A DNA stretch of 64,000 nt, taken from the IMG/VR virus record IMGVR_UViG_3300031784_000002. One strand, 5' to 3'. The notes under the pieces were generated by a model that saw only the letters and a program-made list of their open reading frames with translations, was not told where the DNA came from and ran no database searches. The translations under genes and the position numbers were made by a program. How positions within the stretch are numbered: the stretch's first letter is position 1; every line of letters starts with the position of its first letter. Positions 9,837 through 20,040 of this stretch are shown piece by piece. This DNA comes from a virus (taxonomy: Duplodnaviria; Caudoviricetes).

Positions 9837-11786
9837 ATGGCACCTCCAAAGAAAGATACTCCATTAAGATCACCATTAGTCTCGGCTTTTAGTAATATTG
9901 TCAATATTAATAGATCTAAATCTCAAATGAAGTCTACACAGGCTTCGTATAGTGAATTTTTGAGATTTATGACTACGGAAGTAAGAAATATTGAAGCAAT
10001 TAAACTTCCAGATGAAAAAAAGATCAAAAGGTTATCAAGTATCAATGTAAGTTCTACATTTGGATCCGCCGGAAGTTTGCTTTCTGGTTTAGCTAGTGGT
10101 GCTTTAGATGCTGCAGGATTGGTTGGTAATTTATTTGGTGGTGGAGGGAAAGGTGGTAAAGGCGGCAAACCTGGTGCAAAACCGAGTCCAAAAGCAGGAA
10201 AACCAATACCAAAAGGTACAAAAATCAGACTTCCTGGTGTTAGAGGATTGCCGATTCTTTCCGCTGCTTTAGCTGGATTAGATTTTGCACAAGGAATATC
10301 CGAAGGAGAATCTGTGGGCAAAGCAGGTGCTGGTGCAGTTGGATCTGCTGCTGGTGCTGCTGGTGGCGCTCTTGCTGGTGCAGCATTAGCGGGAGCTATT
10401 GGTCAGACATTGGTTCCAATTCCTGGATTAGGTTTTGTATTAGGAGCTGCAGTTGGTAGTTTGGGAGGACTTGCTGGAGGTTATTTAGCTGATAGAGCAT
10501 ATGAATCTGCGACTGGGGAAGGAAAAGTAAAAGAAAAACAAAAAGCAAAATTAAAACAACAAGAACAAAAACAAAAACTTGCAGCAACATCAGCTTCCAA
10601 AGTTACATTGCCTCAGGTATTGGATAAATTTGAAAATGTTGTTATTAAATTTGAAAAAGTTTCAATGAATCTTGCCGCGCCACAAGAAGTTGTCCCTCAA
10701 GGATATGATGAAGAACTTGGAGAAGATGAGGCTCCAAAATTACCGGAAGACACAACTCCTGGAGGTGTAGATTCCATCCAATATGGATCAGGAAATGCAG
10801 AATTTGGTGAAACTGGAAATGTAAGTAATGCTCCTGGTTGGGTTCATGGACATTTTCAAGGTGATAGTGCGGGTGCGGTTGTTAAAGATACAACAATGGT
10901 AGTCAAAGCTTTATTGAAACAAGGATCTCCAGTTTACCTGAATCCTGGAGTAGACTTAAATCCATCTAAACAGTACAGCGATGAAGAAATAAGAAGTTAT
11001 GTTGAACAAGCAAGAAGAGCCCATACCCATAGTGGAACAGGAAAATCTATCGATGTTTTTGTAAAAAAAGGTACGAAAATACCAGTCCCTCTTACTAATG
11101 TTGGTCCAACTGGATCTGGTTTTGGTGGTTATGGTAGAGGCGGAATTGCTGGTTATATTCAAGGAACACGTACTTGGATTGGTCACTTGAAACCTGGTTC
11201 TAAATCTGGTTTATCTGAAACCAAAGGAAAAATAGAATCAAAAGGTAAAGAAACTGGAGATATGGAAGATTTAAAACCTGGAGTAGTTCCAGATAAATCA
11301 CAAAATCCTGCTGCACCATCTCCTCCAAGTGCCGAGATGCAACAAAAGTTTCAAATGGCATGGGACAATAGAAGTAATCCTTTTGCAAGAGGAAAAATTG
11401 AATCTGCTTGGACAAATCTGACACCGGAACAACAACAACAAGCTAAAATATGGGCAAAATCAAAAGGATATAATTGGAATGAAATGAAGTTGAAAGAAAA
11501 ACCCATGAATGTTCAAGCTGCCCCAGCAACAGTCACTGCAGTTCCATCAATGCAACAGACTGTACCTCAACAAATAGAACAATATCCAGATTATAACTTA
11601 CCACAATCAAGTATAACGTTAATGCCAATTGTTATGGGTGGTCCTAGTGGATCACAACAACGACCTATGGTTATTGCTGGAGGTAGTGGAGGAGGAGGTA
11701 CAACGATCTTACCTCCAACTCCTGAAGGTCAGGTGTTAAATAGTTTATTCAAGACCATCTTGTTAACGAACTTATCGGGAACGTAA
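9837..11786 (+). CDS. Virion structural / tape-measure-like protein with glycine zipper and M23-like peptidase motifs
   Basis: Long Gly/Ala hydrophobic segment; GETGNVS..HGHF, H..GKSID, GGYG, GHL motifs. Confidence 0.55.
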   Translation: MAPPKKDTPLRSPLVSAFSNIVNINRSKSQMKSTQASYSEFLRFMTTEVRNIEAIKLPDEKKIKRLSSINVSSTFGSAGSLLSGLASGALDAAGLVGNLFGGGGKGGKGGKPGAKPSPKAGKPIPKGTKIRLPGVRGLPILSAALAGLDFAQGISEGESVGKAGAGAVGSAAGAAGGALAGAALAGAIGQTLVPIPGLGFVLGAAVGSLGGLAGGYLADRAYESATGEGKVKEKQKAKLKQQEQKQKLAATSASKVTLPQVLDKFENVVIKFEKVSMNLAAPQEVVPQGYDEELGEDEAPKLPEDTTPGGVDSIQYGSGNAEFGETGNVSNAPGWVHGHFQGDSAGAVVKDTTMVVKALLKQGSPVYLNPGVDLNPSKQYSDEEIRSYVEQARRAHTHSGTGKSIDVFVKKGTKIPVPLTNVGPTGSGFGGYGRGGIAGYIQGTRTWIGHLKPGSKSGLSETKGKIESKGKETGDMEDLKPGVVPDKSQNPAAPSPPSAEMQQKFQMAWDNRSNPFARGKIESAWTNLTPEQQQQAKIWAKSKGYNWNEMKLKEKPMNVQAAPATVTAVPSMQQTVPQQIEQYPDYNLPQSSITLMPIVMGGPSGSQQRPMVIAGGSGGGGTTILPPTPEGQVLNSLFKTILLTNLSGT

Positions 11787-11787
11787 T

Positions 11788-13086
11788 ATGTCTAATGCGT
11801 TAACTACGTTAAAATATAATTCAGTTATAATCGAATCTTCAGAAACAAAGAGAAAAATTGATCTAACCAGTTCTCTCATTTTCTGTGATTATTTTGAAGA
11901 TATATTATCTCCTTGTGTGACGATGACTATGCAGATCGCTGCCACTTATTCAATATTCAATAATCTTCCAATTCGAGGTGGAGAAAAAGTTGTTATTGAT
12001 ATAGAAACTCTAAGTGGAAATTTTAAGTTGGATGGTGATTATGCAATGTATGTTTATAAAGTGGGTGGAATTGTTTCTGATGGTGCAAAAGAATACTTTA
12101 CTCTTCACTTATGTTCTCGTGAGGCATTGACAAATGAGACGGCTAGAGTTCAAAAAAAGTATGATAAAAAACCAATCAATGATCATGTAACTGCAATTCT
12201 CAAAGATGTACTAAAAACTAAAAAATTTAAGAGTGCAAATATCGAGAAAACATCTAATTCTTATAGTTTTATTGGTACTCTAAAAAAACCATTTCACATA
12301 TTAACTTGGTTAGGTCCTAAAGGTATTCCAGCTACTTCATCGTCTGGAAACAGTGGAACAATTGCAAAGGGAGTTGCTGGATTTTTATTCTATGAAAATA
12401 AAGATGGATTTCATTTTAGAAGTATTGATACATTAGTTTCTGCAACAATGTCTCAAACTGGTAGTACATCGAAAGAATCAATACCAAAATATAATTACAA
12501 TCCCGGAATTACGGAGTCTGGAAATTTAAATGCAAATTTCAACATTTTAAATTATAACTTTGAAAAGAATATTGATTTAATGAAATCTCTCCGGGTCGGA
12601 ATGTATGCAAATATCACATATTTTTACGACTTATATGAGAACAAAATTAGTGGGATTACTTATAGTTTAAATTCAGAAATTAAATCTAAACTAGGTAGTA
12701 CTAGTAAATTGGCATACCCAAGAGATTTTGGTAATAGACCATCAAGAATTCTGTTTAGATCTGCAGATGTGGGAATATTAGACAAAACTGGTAGAACTGA
12801 TGATTCTGGTAGGGACAATACTGATATGGCAAAAGCTTTTTCTCGTTATAATTTATTGTTTACTCAGTCGCTAAATATTGTAGTACCTATGAATGTCAAT
12901 TTGAAAGCTGGTAACATACTTTACGCACAATTTCAAAAAATTGATGCAGGACAAACTGCTGAAGTAGATCCTGAACAAAGTGGAAATTATTTGATTAAAG
13001 AAGTTAGACATCATTTCGAAGGCAATCAAATGGTATCATCACTAAAACTCGTCAGAGACTCCTACGGATTATATGGGGCAAAATAA
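11788..13086 (+). CDS. Conserved baseplate hub-like protein (gp27/gpD-type, inferred)
   Basis: YFEDILSP, LPIRGGEKV, GFLFYENKDGFHFRSID, LKAG, SGNYLIKEVRHHF..LKLVRDSYG; upstream of gp5. Confidence 0.55.
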   Translation: MSNALTTLKYNSVIIESSETKRKIDLTSSLIFCDYFEDILSPCVTMTMQIAATYSIFNNLPIRGGEKVVIDIETLSGNFKLDGDYAMYVYKVGGIVSDGAKEYFTLHLCSREALTNETARVQKKYDKKPINDHVTAILKDVLKTKKFKSANIEKTSNSYSFIGTLKKPFHILTWLGPKGIPATSSSGNSGTIAKGVAGFLFYENKDGFHFRSIDTLVSATMSQTGSTSKESIPKYNYNPGITESGNLNANFNILNYNFEKNIDLMKSLRVGMYANITYFYDLYENKISGITYSLNSEIKSKLGSTSKLAYPRDFGNRPSRILFRSADVGILDKTGRTDDSGRDNTDMAKAFSRYNLLFTQSLNIVVPMNVNLKAGNILYAQFQKIDAGQTAEVDPEQSGNYLIKEVRHHFEGNQMVSSLKLVRDSYGLYGAK

Positions 13087-13298
13087 TGAACAACATAGAT
13101 ACCCACATTGCAAAAGATAGAGAAATTCTCGATAACCCTGTCACTTCTCCACAAGCGAGAAGACATACTCAAGAAGAATTAGAAGCTTTAGAAGCTTATA
13201 AGGCTAATCATCCAGAAGATGATCATGATCCAACTCCATTAGAGTTATATTGCGATAGTCATCCAGGTGCCGCAGAATGTAAAATTTACGAAGACTAA
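13086..13298 (+). CDS. cp12: Calvin cycle inhibitor CP12 (cyanophage type)
   Basis: 70 aa, HIAKD, RRH..EEL, HPEDDHDP, C-terminal LELYCDSHPGAAECKIYED (CxxxPxxxxC). Confidence 0.9.
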   Translation: MNNIDTHIAKDREILDNPVTSPQARRHTQEELEALEAYKANHPEDDHDPTPLELYCDSHPGAAECKIYED

Positions 13299-15595
13299 TG
13301 ATAGACGAATCTTTTGTAAAATCAAATTTTTTAGGTAGAGACGGATTCATTTGGTGGATCGGCCAAGTTGCCGATCCTAAAGTATGGCGCACTGAAAAAA
13401 CAAGAATTGATGAAGGCAAATCATCTTGGGGATATAGATGCAAAATACGAATTATTGGATATCATAGTTTTGATAGAAATGAGTTAAAAGATGAAGACCT
13501 TCCTTGGGCTCATGTTCTAACTAGTGCAGCAGATGGAGCTCCAGCTCAAGGTGGTTTTGGTAAATTACCTTTACTTGTTGGAGGAGAGTCTGTATTTGGA
13601 TTCTTTCTGGATGGGGAAGAAGCTCAACAACCTGTCATAATGTCTTGCTTCTATAGAAGCCCAATGGTTGAAAACATACCAAATCCGAATCCATTTGAAC
13701 CATTTGCAGGAGCACCAACAAGTGGACCTCTTGGGGGAGGAGACCCAAAAAGAAGGAGTCAATCTACAAGAAATAAAAGACAAGATGATGGAGTTGCAAA
13801 AGAAATAGATGAAAAAATTGGAGAGGGATCCCAATTTGAAATGTTTGCCAACCCACTCTTCGGAGCAGCTACAACAAAAAGTTTGGATTTAAGTCCCGGA
13901 TTCGCTCCAATTACAACAGATACTAGTAGTAAAGCCGGAGCAATATTTGGAGCTCCAAATATTCCTAGAGATCAGTTATTTTACGATGAAAAAGCAGAAG
14001 TTGCATTTCTATCTGCATTTGATAAAGTAGGTAATGTTGAAACTGATAATGGGTGTGGAAATAATATTTTAAGTCAAATTACAAATACTCTACAAAGTTT
14101 TATCAAAACAGTAAATGGACTTGAAAAAACTGCATTAGGATTCATAGACCCAGTTAGAAATGTTGTTGTAGATGTTCAACAAACTGTTAGGTCTGTAGCT
14201 AGAATTGTTGCATCCATTATGAAGTTTGTGATTAATGGAATGCGTGATAGTATTTTCTGTTTAATTGGAAAATTATTTAAAGTACTATCAATTACATTAC
14301 CATCTTCGATTAAACTTCCCATCTCTGAAGCTGCTAAAAATATATTAAATCTAATATTTTGTCTTTTTGAAAAACTATTTGGTCCTCTTATGGACTTTAT
14401 CAAGGGTCTTTTAAATGGACTTATTGGTAAAAGTCCAAATATACCTTTGTGTGCAATAGAAGAAATTACGAGTGCATTGGTAAATAAGTTGGCAGATATG
14501 GCAGATAATGCTCTATCTGCTATTTTAAGTGGACTAGATTGGTTAGCTAGTGGAATTAGTTCAATTGCTGGTGCTTTAACCAGTGGATTGAACATGATTA
14601 GTCAGATCCTAAGTTTTTTAAGTTGCGATTCCTTAGCTTGTCAAAGTACAACTTCTTGGAATCCTTTTAGTGGAGCATCATTCCCAGCTTTGGATAGTTG
14701 GAATAGTATTATAGGAAACATGGATGTATTGAGTGGACTTGGTGGAGCCAATCAGTCTCTAGGTTATTTGTCTATGTTCGGATCTTCAAATACACCATTC
14801 AGTAAGTGCAGGAAAAAAATTACAAATCCACAAACACAAGATGATCTTGCTCCAATGCCAATTGGTGTCAAATTTTATAACTGTATCCCCCCAGAAATTA
14901 GAATCTATGGAGATGGAGTTGGTGCAAGAGCAAAAGCAGTAGTATCTGAAGTAGATGGATCCATTGTAACATTTTTACTATGCGATCCTGGAAAAGGGTA
15001 TACATATCCACCAGAAATAAGAGTTGTTGATAATTCAAATCATGGAAAAGGTGCTCAAGCTAGAGCAACAGTATCAAATGGAGGAATAGATTCGATCTAT
15101 GTTATTAATCCCGGAACTGGTTATTGTCAAACCAACTTAACCGAAGAGACTGGTGGTGGTGCTGGTACTGCCTCTCTACCACCATGTTTAGATGTGGGAG
15201 ACGGTCAACTTTCTCCAGTTGTTATTGGAATCACTACTAATTTTGTAATAGGAAGTCCCGGAATAGGATATACTTTTGGAGATACTATACAAGTTGGAGA
15301 TGATTTGTTTAAACCAGTGATTACAGATAACGGTTCTATTATTGATGTGGAATACCCAAGTTTTGCGGTTCAACCAACTCAACCAGGTCAAGCGCCCCCT
15401 CCCAATCAAACTACACAAACTGGATCATCTGGTCAAACTTTCAAATCTGTTCCACCAGTGATTATAAATACAAGGACGGGAGAAGGTGCCATCATCTATC
15501 CAGTTCTACAATTCGTACCACAATTTATCACTGATACTCTTGATCAAAATATTGTTGGTATTGGCTCCATCGTAAACGTAGTCGATTGTGTGTAA
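13298..15595 (+). CDS. gp5: Baseplate hub / tail spike gp5-like
   Basis: N-terminal OB-fold GRDGFIWWIGQV, RCKIRIIGYH, LPWA, GESVFGFFLDGEEAQQPVIM; no T4-lysozyme domain recognised. Confidence 0.85.
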   Translation: MIDESFVKSNFLGRDGFIWWIGQVADPKVWRTEKTRIDEGKSSWGYRCKIRIIGYHSFDRNELKDEDLPWAHVLTSAADGAPAQGGFGKLPLLVGGESVFGFFLDGEEAQQPVIMSCFYRSPMVENIPNPNPFEPFAGAPTSGPLGGGDPKRRSQSTRNKRQDDGVAKEIDEKIGEGSQFEMFANPLFGAATTKSLDLSPGFAPITTDTSSKAGAIFGAPNIPRDQLFYDEKAEVAFLSAFDKVGNVETDNGCGNNILSQITNTLQSFIKTVNGLEKTALGFIDPVRNVVVDVQQTVRSVARIVASIMKFVINGMRDSIFCLIGKLFKVLSITLPSSIKLPISEAAKNILNLIFCLFEKLFGPLMDFIKGLLNGLIGKSPNIPLCAIEEITSALVNKLADMADNALSAILSGLDWLASGISSIAGALTSGLNMISQILSFLSCDSLACQSTTSWNPFSGASFPALDSWNSIIGNMDVLSGLGGANQSLGYLSMFGSSNTPFSKCRKKITNPQTQDDLAPMPIGVKFYNCIPPEIRIYGDGVGARAKAVVSEVDGSIVTFLLCDPGKGYTYPPEIRVVDNSNHGKGAQARATVSNGGIDSIYVINPGTGYCQTNLTEETGGGAGTASLPPCLDVGDGQLSPVVIGITTNFVIGSPGIGYTFGDTIQVGDDLFKPVITDNGSIIDVEYPSFAVQPTQPGQAPPPNQTTQTGSSGQTFKSVPPVIINTRTGEGAIIYPVLQFVPQFITDTLDQNIVGIGSIVNVVDCV

Positions 15596-15598
15596 ACC

Positions 15599-16150
15599 AT
15601 GCCCGAACAACCAAAAGAATATTATGAAAAGAAACCAGGCTATATAATTAAGTCTGGAACTGAAGATGCTGTGGGGAGAATAATAGATTATGCGATGTTC
15701 ACGGATAATGGCCAAGGGTTTGAGTACACAACCGATGGTCAATACATGCAACAATGTAATAAAACCTCATATGAACTTTGTGGGGTAGATGGAAAAGATA
15801 AAGAACCTGCTAAAATTATAAGAGCTAGAAAGGGTGATATTATCATCGAAGCAATGGATGGTGATATTATTCTAAGAGGTAAAAATATTAGAGTTGTTGC
15901 TCTAGATGGAACTGGAGAAGTGACTGTAGTTTCAGGAAAACATTTTGCTGTAAATGCTCCTGTACAATCTTTTAAAGGAAGTAACTCCAATACAGTTATG
16001 TCCAACAGTGCATCTATTGGAGCTCAAGCAACAGATACCACTGGAAATATACAAAATAGTCAAACTTCTGGTGCAGAAGATTGTGAAGGGTCAATTTTAA
16101 CTAGACTTTTAAATATTGCTAAGAAATTTGAAAAATGGTTAAGTTGTTGA
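15599..16150 (+). CDS. Conserved hypothetical protein, gp5 C-terminal beta-helix-like
   Basis: GDIIIEAMDGDIILRGKNIRVVA repeats typical of spike beta-helix segments. Confidence 0.55.
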   Translation: MPEQPKEYYEKKPGYIIKSGTEDAVGRIIDYAMFTDNGQGFEYTTDGQYMQQCNKTSYELCGVDGKDKEPAKIIRARKGDIIIEAMDGDIILRGKNIRVVALDGTGEVTVVSGKHFAVNAPVQSFKGSNSNTVMSNSASIGAQATDTTGNIQNSQTSGAEDCEGSILTRLLNIAKKFEKWLSC

Positions 16151-16167
16151 ATACTAGGAGGTGAAAT

Positions 16168-17040
16168 ATGCCTGCAGAACCCGTTAAGTATATTGGTGAT
16201 AAACTCTGTGTAGGTCCTTTAGATTACTCATTTTTACCTGCTGTCCCCGCTATACCTGGAACTTCAGTATTAAATGGACCTGCATGGATTGGTGCAGGTG
16301 GACCCCAAATTCCTACAGCTAATTGTATGATTGGTCCTGGAATTGGAGGTCCAATTTCTTTACAAGTTATTGGTATTGCTAATTTTATTTCTATTACCAA
16401 CCAAATAGGAATTAATAATAGATCTGGTCTTGCAAATATAACTGGATTTACTCAAAAACTTGGTGCAAGTACAAAAGCTGCATTTTCGGCTACCACTGGA
16501 TTTAGTGCAAAATCTACCACACAAACTACAGCTGGACCACAGTATTCTCAAGCATTTGCTGAAACTCCTTTATTAAAGGCTAAAGTAATTCTGGGAAATG
16601 TTTCAGGAACTACAGGAATCAATCCAACTCAAGCTGCAGCATTAGCTACAAAAAAACCATTTGATATTAAACACCCAACCAAAGAAGGTTGGAGACTTAG
16701 ACATGTTTGTGTCGAAGGTCCAACTGCGGATGTTTATGTCAGAGGTGTGATGGAATCCTGCGATACTATTGAACTTCCAGATTACTGGACAGGACTAGTA
16801 GATTCTGAAACAATCACAATTAGTTTAACCGCAGTCGGAGAATATCAAGAACTTTTTGCAAAACTATCGGAGTGTGGTACTAAAGTAAAAGTCTCCAACG
16901 CTTTAGGTGAAGTAAAAAAATATAGTTATTTGATATTCGGTGAAAGAAAAGATGTTGAAAGAAATATTGCAGAATATGAGGGAGAATCGGTAACAGATTA
17001 TCCCGGAGATAATGCACAATACGGATTGTTTACTTTATAA
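16168..17040 (+). CDS. Virion/fibre-associated protein, paralog A
   Basis: C-terminal KPFDIKHPTKEGWRLRHVCVEGP..VYVRG, IELPDYW.GLVD, GERKD domain seen in cyanophage fibre-type proteins. Confidence 0.6.
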   Translation: MPAEPVKYIGDKLCVGPLDYSFLPAVPAIPGTSVLNGPAWIGAGGPQIPTANCMIGPGIGGPISLQVIGIANFISITNQIGINNRSGLANITGFTQKLGASTKAAFSATTGFSAKSTTQTTAGPQYSQAFAETPLLKAKVILGNVSGTTGINPTQAAALATKKPFDIKHPTKEGWRLRHVCVEGPTADVYVRGVMESCDTIELPDYWTGLVDSETITISLTAVGEYQELFAKLSECGTKVKVSNALGEVKKYSYLIFGERKDVERNIAEYEGESVTDYPGDNAQYGLFTL

Positions 17041-17045
17041 TTATT

Positions 17046-17951
17046 ATGCCTGCAGAACCCGTTAAGTATATTGGTGATAAACTCTGTGTAGGTCCAATAG
17101 ATTATTCATTCTTACCTGGATGCGTTCCATCAATTCCAGGAACAACAGTTTTAAATGGGCCTGTGTGGATTGGTGCTGGAGGACCACCAATTCCTACAGC
17201 TAATTGTATGATTGGACCTGGATTGGGGGGACCAATCTCCCTACAAGTTATTGGTATTGCCAATATTCCAGCTATTAATAATCAATCCGGAATCTACAAT
17301 AGATCAGGTCTTGCAAATGTTACTGGATACAGTAACAAAGTTGGTTCCGACGTAAAAGCTGCATTTTCGGCTACAACTGCATATAGTGCAAAAGCCGCAG
17401 TACAAACCACTGCTGGTCCAGATTATTCTCAAGCATTCAGAGAAACGCCATTATTAAGAGCTAGGGTGATTATTGGAAACATGTCCGGAACAAAGGGCAT
17501 GAATACGCAATTCAAAACAAGAGTGCAAGCAAAAAAACCTTTGGGACATCCAAATTTTGACATTAAACATCCCACAAAAAATGGTTGGAGAGTTCGTTAT
17601 GTTTGTACAGAGGGCCCGACTGCCGATGTTTTTATCAAAGGAACTCTTAAAAATAAAAATATTATTGAACTTCCAGATTATTGGGAAGGTTTAGTTGATT
17701 CTGAAACCATAAATGTAATATTAACTTCGATTAATCAACATCAAAAACTCTTTTATAATGTTTCCAAATGTGGAACCAAAATTGAAGTTTTCTCTAACTC
17801 TGATAATTCAATCAATTGTTACTATAAAATATTTGCAGAAAGAAAAGACACTCCTAAAAATATTGTAGAATATAAAGGGTTGAATCATACCGATTATCCT
17901 GGAGATAATAACGAATATAGATTCTGGTTTAGTCCCACAGTGTTCCCATAA
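17046..17951 (+). CDS. Virion/fibre-associated protein, paralog B
   Basis: Co-linear with 16168..17040; first 50 nt identical. Confidence 0.6.
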   Translation: MPAEPVKYIGDKLCVGPIDYSFLPGCVPSIPGTTVLNGPVWIGAGGPPIPTANCMIGPGLGGPISLQVIGIANIPAINNQSGIYNRSGLANVTGYSNKVGSDVKAAFSATTAYSAKAAVQTTAGPDYSQAFRETPLLRARVIIGNMSGTKGMNTQFKTRVQAKKPLGHPNFDIKHPTKNGWRVRYVCTEGPTADVFIKGTLKNKNIIELPDYWEGLVDSETINVILTSINQHQKLFYNVSKCGTKIEVFSNSDNSINCYYKIFAERKDTPKNIVEYKGLNHTDYPGDNNEYRFWFSPTVFP

Positions 17952-17990
17952 ATAATACTAAACAATCTTTGACAATATAATTAACTAATT

Positions 17991-19649
17991 ATGGCCGGTG
18001 TATCTACTCATTTCATTGCAGAATGTAAGGAAGAACTTGAATTTAAAAAGCAAGAAAAAGAACAGTTACTGGAACAACTTGCATTATATGATGTAAGAAT
18101 AGATCGATATGATGCAGTTATTGAAAATATGGACAGGTCATTATTGCCTGGGATAGCAGAAATTAATGCTGGAGCGACTGCTGCAGCTGCAGCATATGAG
18201 TCTAGAGTTTCTACTGGGTGTAAAAGTGATTTAGCTTGGGTTCAAACCGGCCAACGTACTTTTAGAGTCGGTTTTACAAGCGTAGTGACTGAAACAATCT
18301 ATGAAGTCAAAAAAGATTCTTCCACATATACACAGTATGGAAAATGGGGAATAAAATATTACAGAAGACCTAAAAATCAAGATTATGGTTCCAATATTGT
18401 TTCTGAATTTTATGGAGCTATCAGTGCAGGAACTACCAACTTAGCAATTGTTCAAGCTGGTGTTGCTGGAACTGTTGGTATTTTGCCTGGTGATCTTATT
18501 ACGGATGATCTAGAAAATCCTACTGTATTTGGAATAAATAATCTTCCCAATATTGTTGGTTTCGGACAAAGTACCTTAGTAATTGAAACCAAAATTTTTA
18601 ATGGTAAGGTTACAATTGGATCTACTGTTATTGCACAAGCAGGAGTTGGAGATACAACTCAAATTCAAGTAGGTAATAGAATTATTGGAACCAGTGTTTT
18701 ACCTTTTGAAACTACTGTAGTGGCTATTAGTTCTGCTCCAATTGATATTGAAATATGGGATTTTGATTTTGGTGGATTTATTACCACTAGTGTTACTGTT
18801 CCATCTTTGGTCATAAGTAATCCAGCTTTAGGTTCAACTACTATTGACTTTGCAATAGGAATTACAAGTACTTATGATTCATTTTTAATAGATGTCCCTG
18901 CAAGTCAAGATGTTAATCCTAGTGATCCTACGAATTTTACTATAATTAGAACTACGCAATCAGTATTGGATGAATTTGATGCTACAAATAATCCTATAGA
19001 TCCAGTTACTGTGGGGATTATGAATGAAAGCACTGTAGGATTTGGCCATAGTGTTGTGAGAGTTAGTAGTACTGCTCCTCCGGGACCTTTTCAGTGGAGA
19101 GAAGTTCTCGGTGATTTTGATCCAGAACCTGAGTGTGGGGCTGGATTTGTAGATTGGTATGAAGGAACTACTCAATGGCCTGTATTGATTACCAATACAT
19201 TTGATTCTGAAGGAGCCTTAATTAGTTCGAGTAGCGCACATGCGCCAGAAGGAACTACAGTTACATTATCAGTTGGAAGTACTGTTCCACAAAGATATGG
19301 AATAGGATATACTGGAACCAGTTCAAATAATCCATCTTTTTCTGGTTGTGGGGCACAAAATACTGCTATATCAAACGCGGAATCAACAAGAAATTCAAGT
19401 ATTACAAAGTCACAAGCAACAGTGGATGAAACTCTTGCTGCTTCATTAAGACTTAGACAACTTAGAGATAAGTTGGAAGGTCAAGCATTTGTCTTTTTAC
19501 AAGGAAGAGCTGCAGCGGACGCAGAAATAGTTAGATTAACTAAGGCAATTGCAGAGTTGGAAGCGGTAGATTTATCGCAATATGAACCAACAACGAACAT
19601 AAACAAAAATAAATACACAAACAATACGGTCGGGGTGCCAACCACTTAA
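17991..19649 (+). CDS. Hypothetical virion structural protein
   Basis: 552-aa ORF with coiled-coil termini and beta-rich middle; CATAAATA late-like promoter at about 17947. Confidence 0.6.
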   Translation: MAGVSTHFIAECKEELEFKKQEKEQLLEQLALYDVRIDRYDAVIENMDRSLLPGIAEINAGATAAAAAYESRVSTGCKSDLAWVQTGQRTFRVGFTSVVTETIYEVKKDSSTYTQYGKWGIKYYRRPKNQDYGSNIVSEFYGAISAGTTNLAIVQAGVAGTVGILPGDLITDDLENPTVFGINNLPNIVGFGQSTLVIETKIFNGKVTIGSTVIAQAGVGDTTQIQVGNRIIGTSVLPFETTVVAISSAPIDIEIWDFDFGGFITTSVTVPSLVISNPALGSTTIDFAIGITSTYDSFLIDVPASQDVNPSDPTNFTIIRTTQSVLDEFDATNNPIDPVTVGIMNESTVGFGHSVVRVSSTAPPGPFQWREVLGDFDPEPECGAGFVDWYEGTTQWPVLITNTFDSEGALISSSSAHAPEGTTVTLSVGSTVPQRYGIGYTGTSSNNPSFSGCGAQNTAISNAESTRNSSITKSQATVDETLAASLRLRQLRDKLEGQAFVFLQGRAAADAEIVRLTKAIAELEAVDLSQYEPTTNINKNKYTNNTVGVPTT

Positions 19650-19707
19650 AGAACTGTCACACACCCCCTGGACACCCCCCCACACTTCTTGGTATGATAG
19701 CCATGTT
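19635..19707 (+). promoter_or_regulatory. Promoter cassette, divergent copy
   Basis: AACTGTCAC half-site, TGGACA, TATGAT-AGCCATGTT. Confidence 0.6.
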
Positions 19708-19724
19708 AATCCAAACAACCCCTA

Positions 19725-19901
19725 ATGCAAATTGATCGTGATGTTTTGAAGAATCTTCAGGAACTGCAAGAAGATGTTGCAGAGGCCTTTACTGACGAAA
19801 ACTTCCCTATGAGTGGTGAAGTTTATTGGACTGCGGTAGAGTGTCTTGCAACTGCAAAACTCGCAGAACTTCGTGGTGAACTGGTTGCAGATGAAGTATA
19901 A
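19725..19901 (+). CDS. Hypothetical protein (58 aa, not in the ORF track)
   Basis: MQIDRDVLKNLQELQEDV...GELVADEV read manually; downstream of a promoter cassette. Confidence 0.7.
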   Translation: MQIDRDVLKNLQELQEDVAEAFTDENFPMSGEVYWTAVECLATAKLAELRGELVADEV

Positions 19902-20040
19902 AGTCCAGTACTTTAAACCCAAAAAGAAAGGCCTTGCCAAACACGAAGCAGTGTTCTACAATATAGAAGACGCAATGAGGTGGGAGTCTTACGTTAAATA
20001 CGAATTGAACGCACAAAATCTAGAAATAGTTCCAATCTAA
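19891..20040 (+). CDS. Hypothetical protein
   Basis: MKYKVQYFKPKKKG...LEIVPI; overlaps the previous ORF. Confidence 0.65.
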   Translation: MKYKVQYFKPKKKGLAKHEAVFYNIEDAMRWESYVKYELNAQNLEIVPI

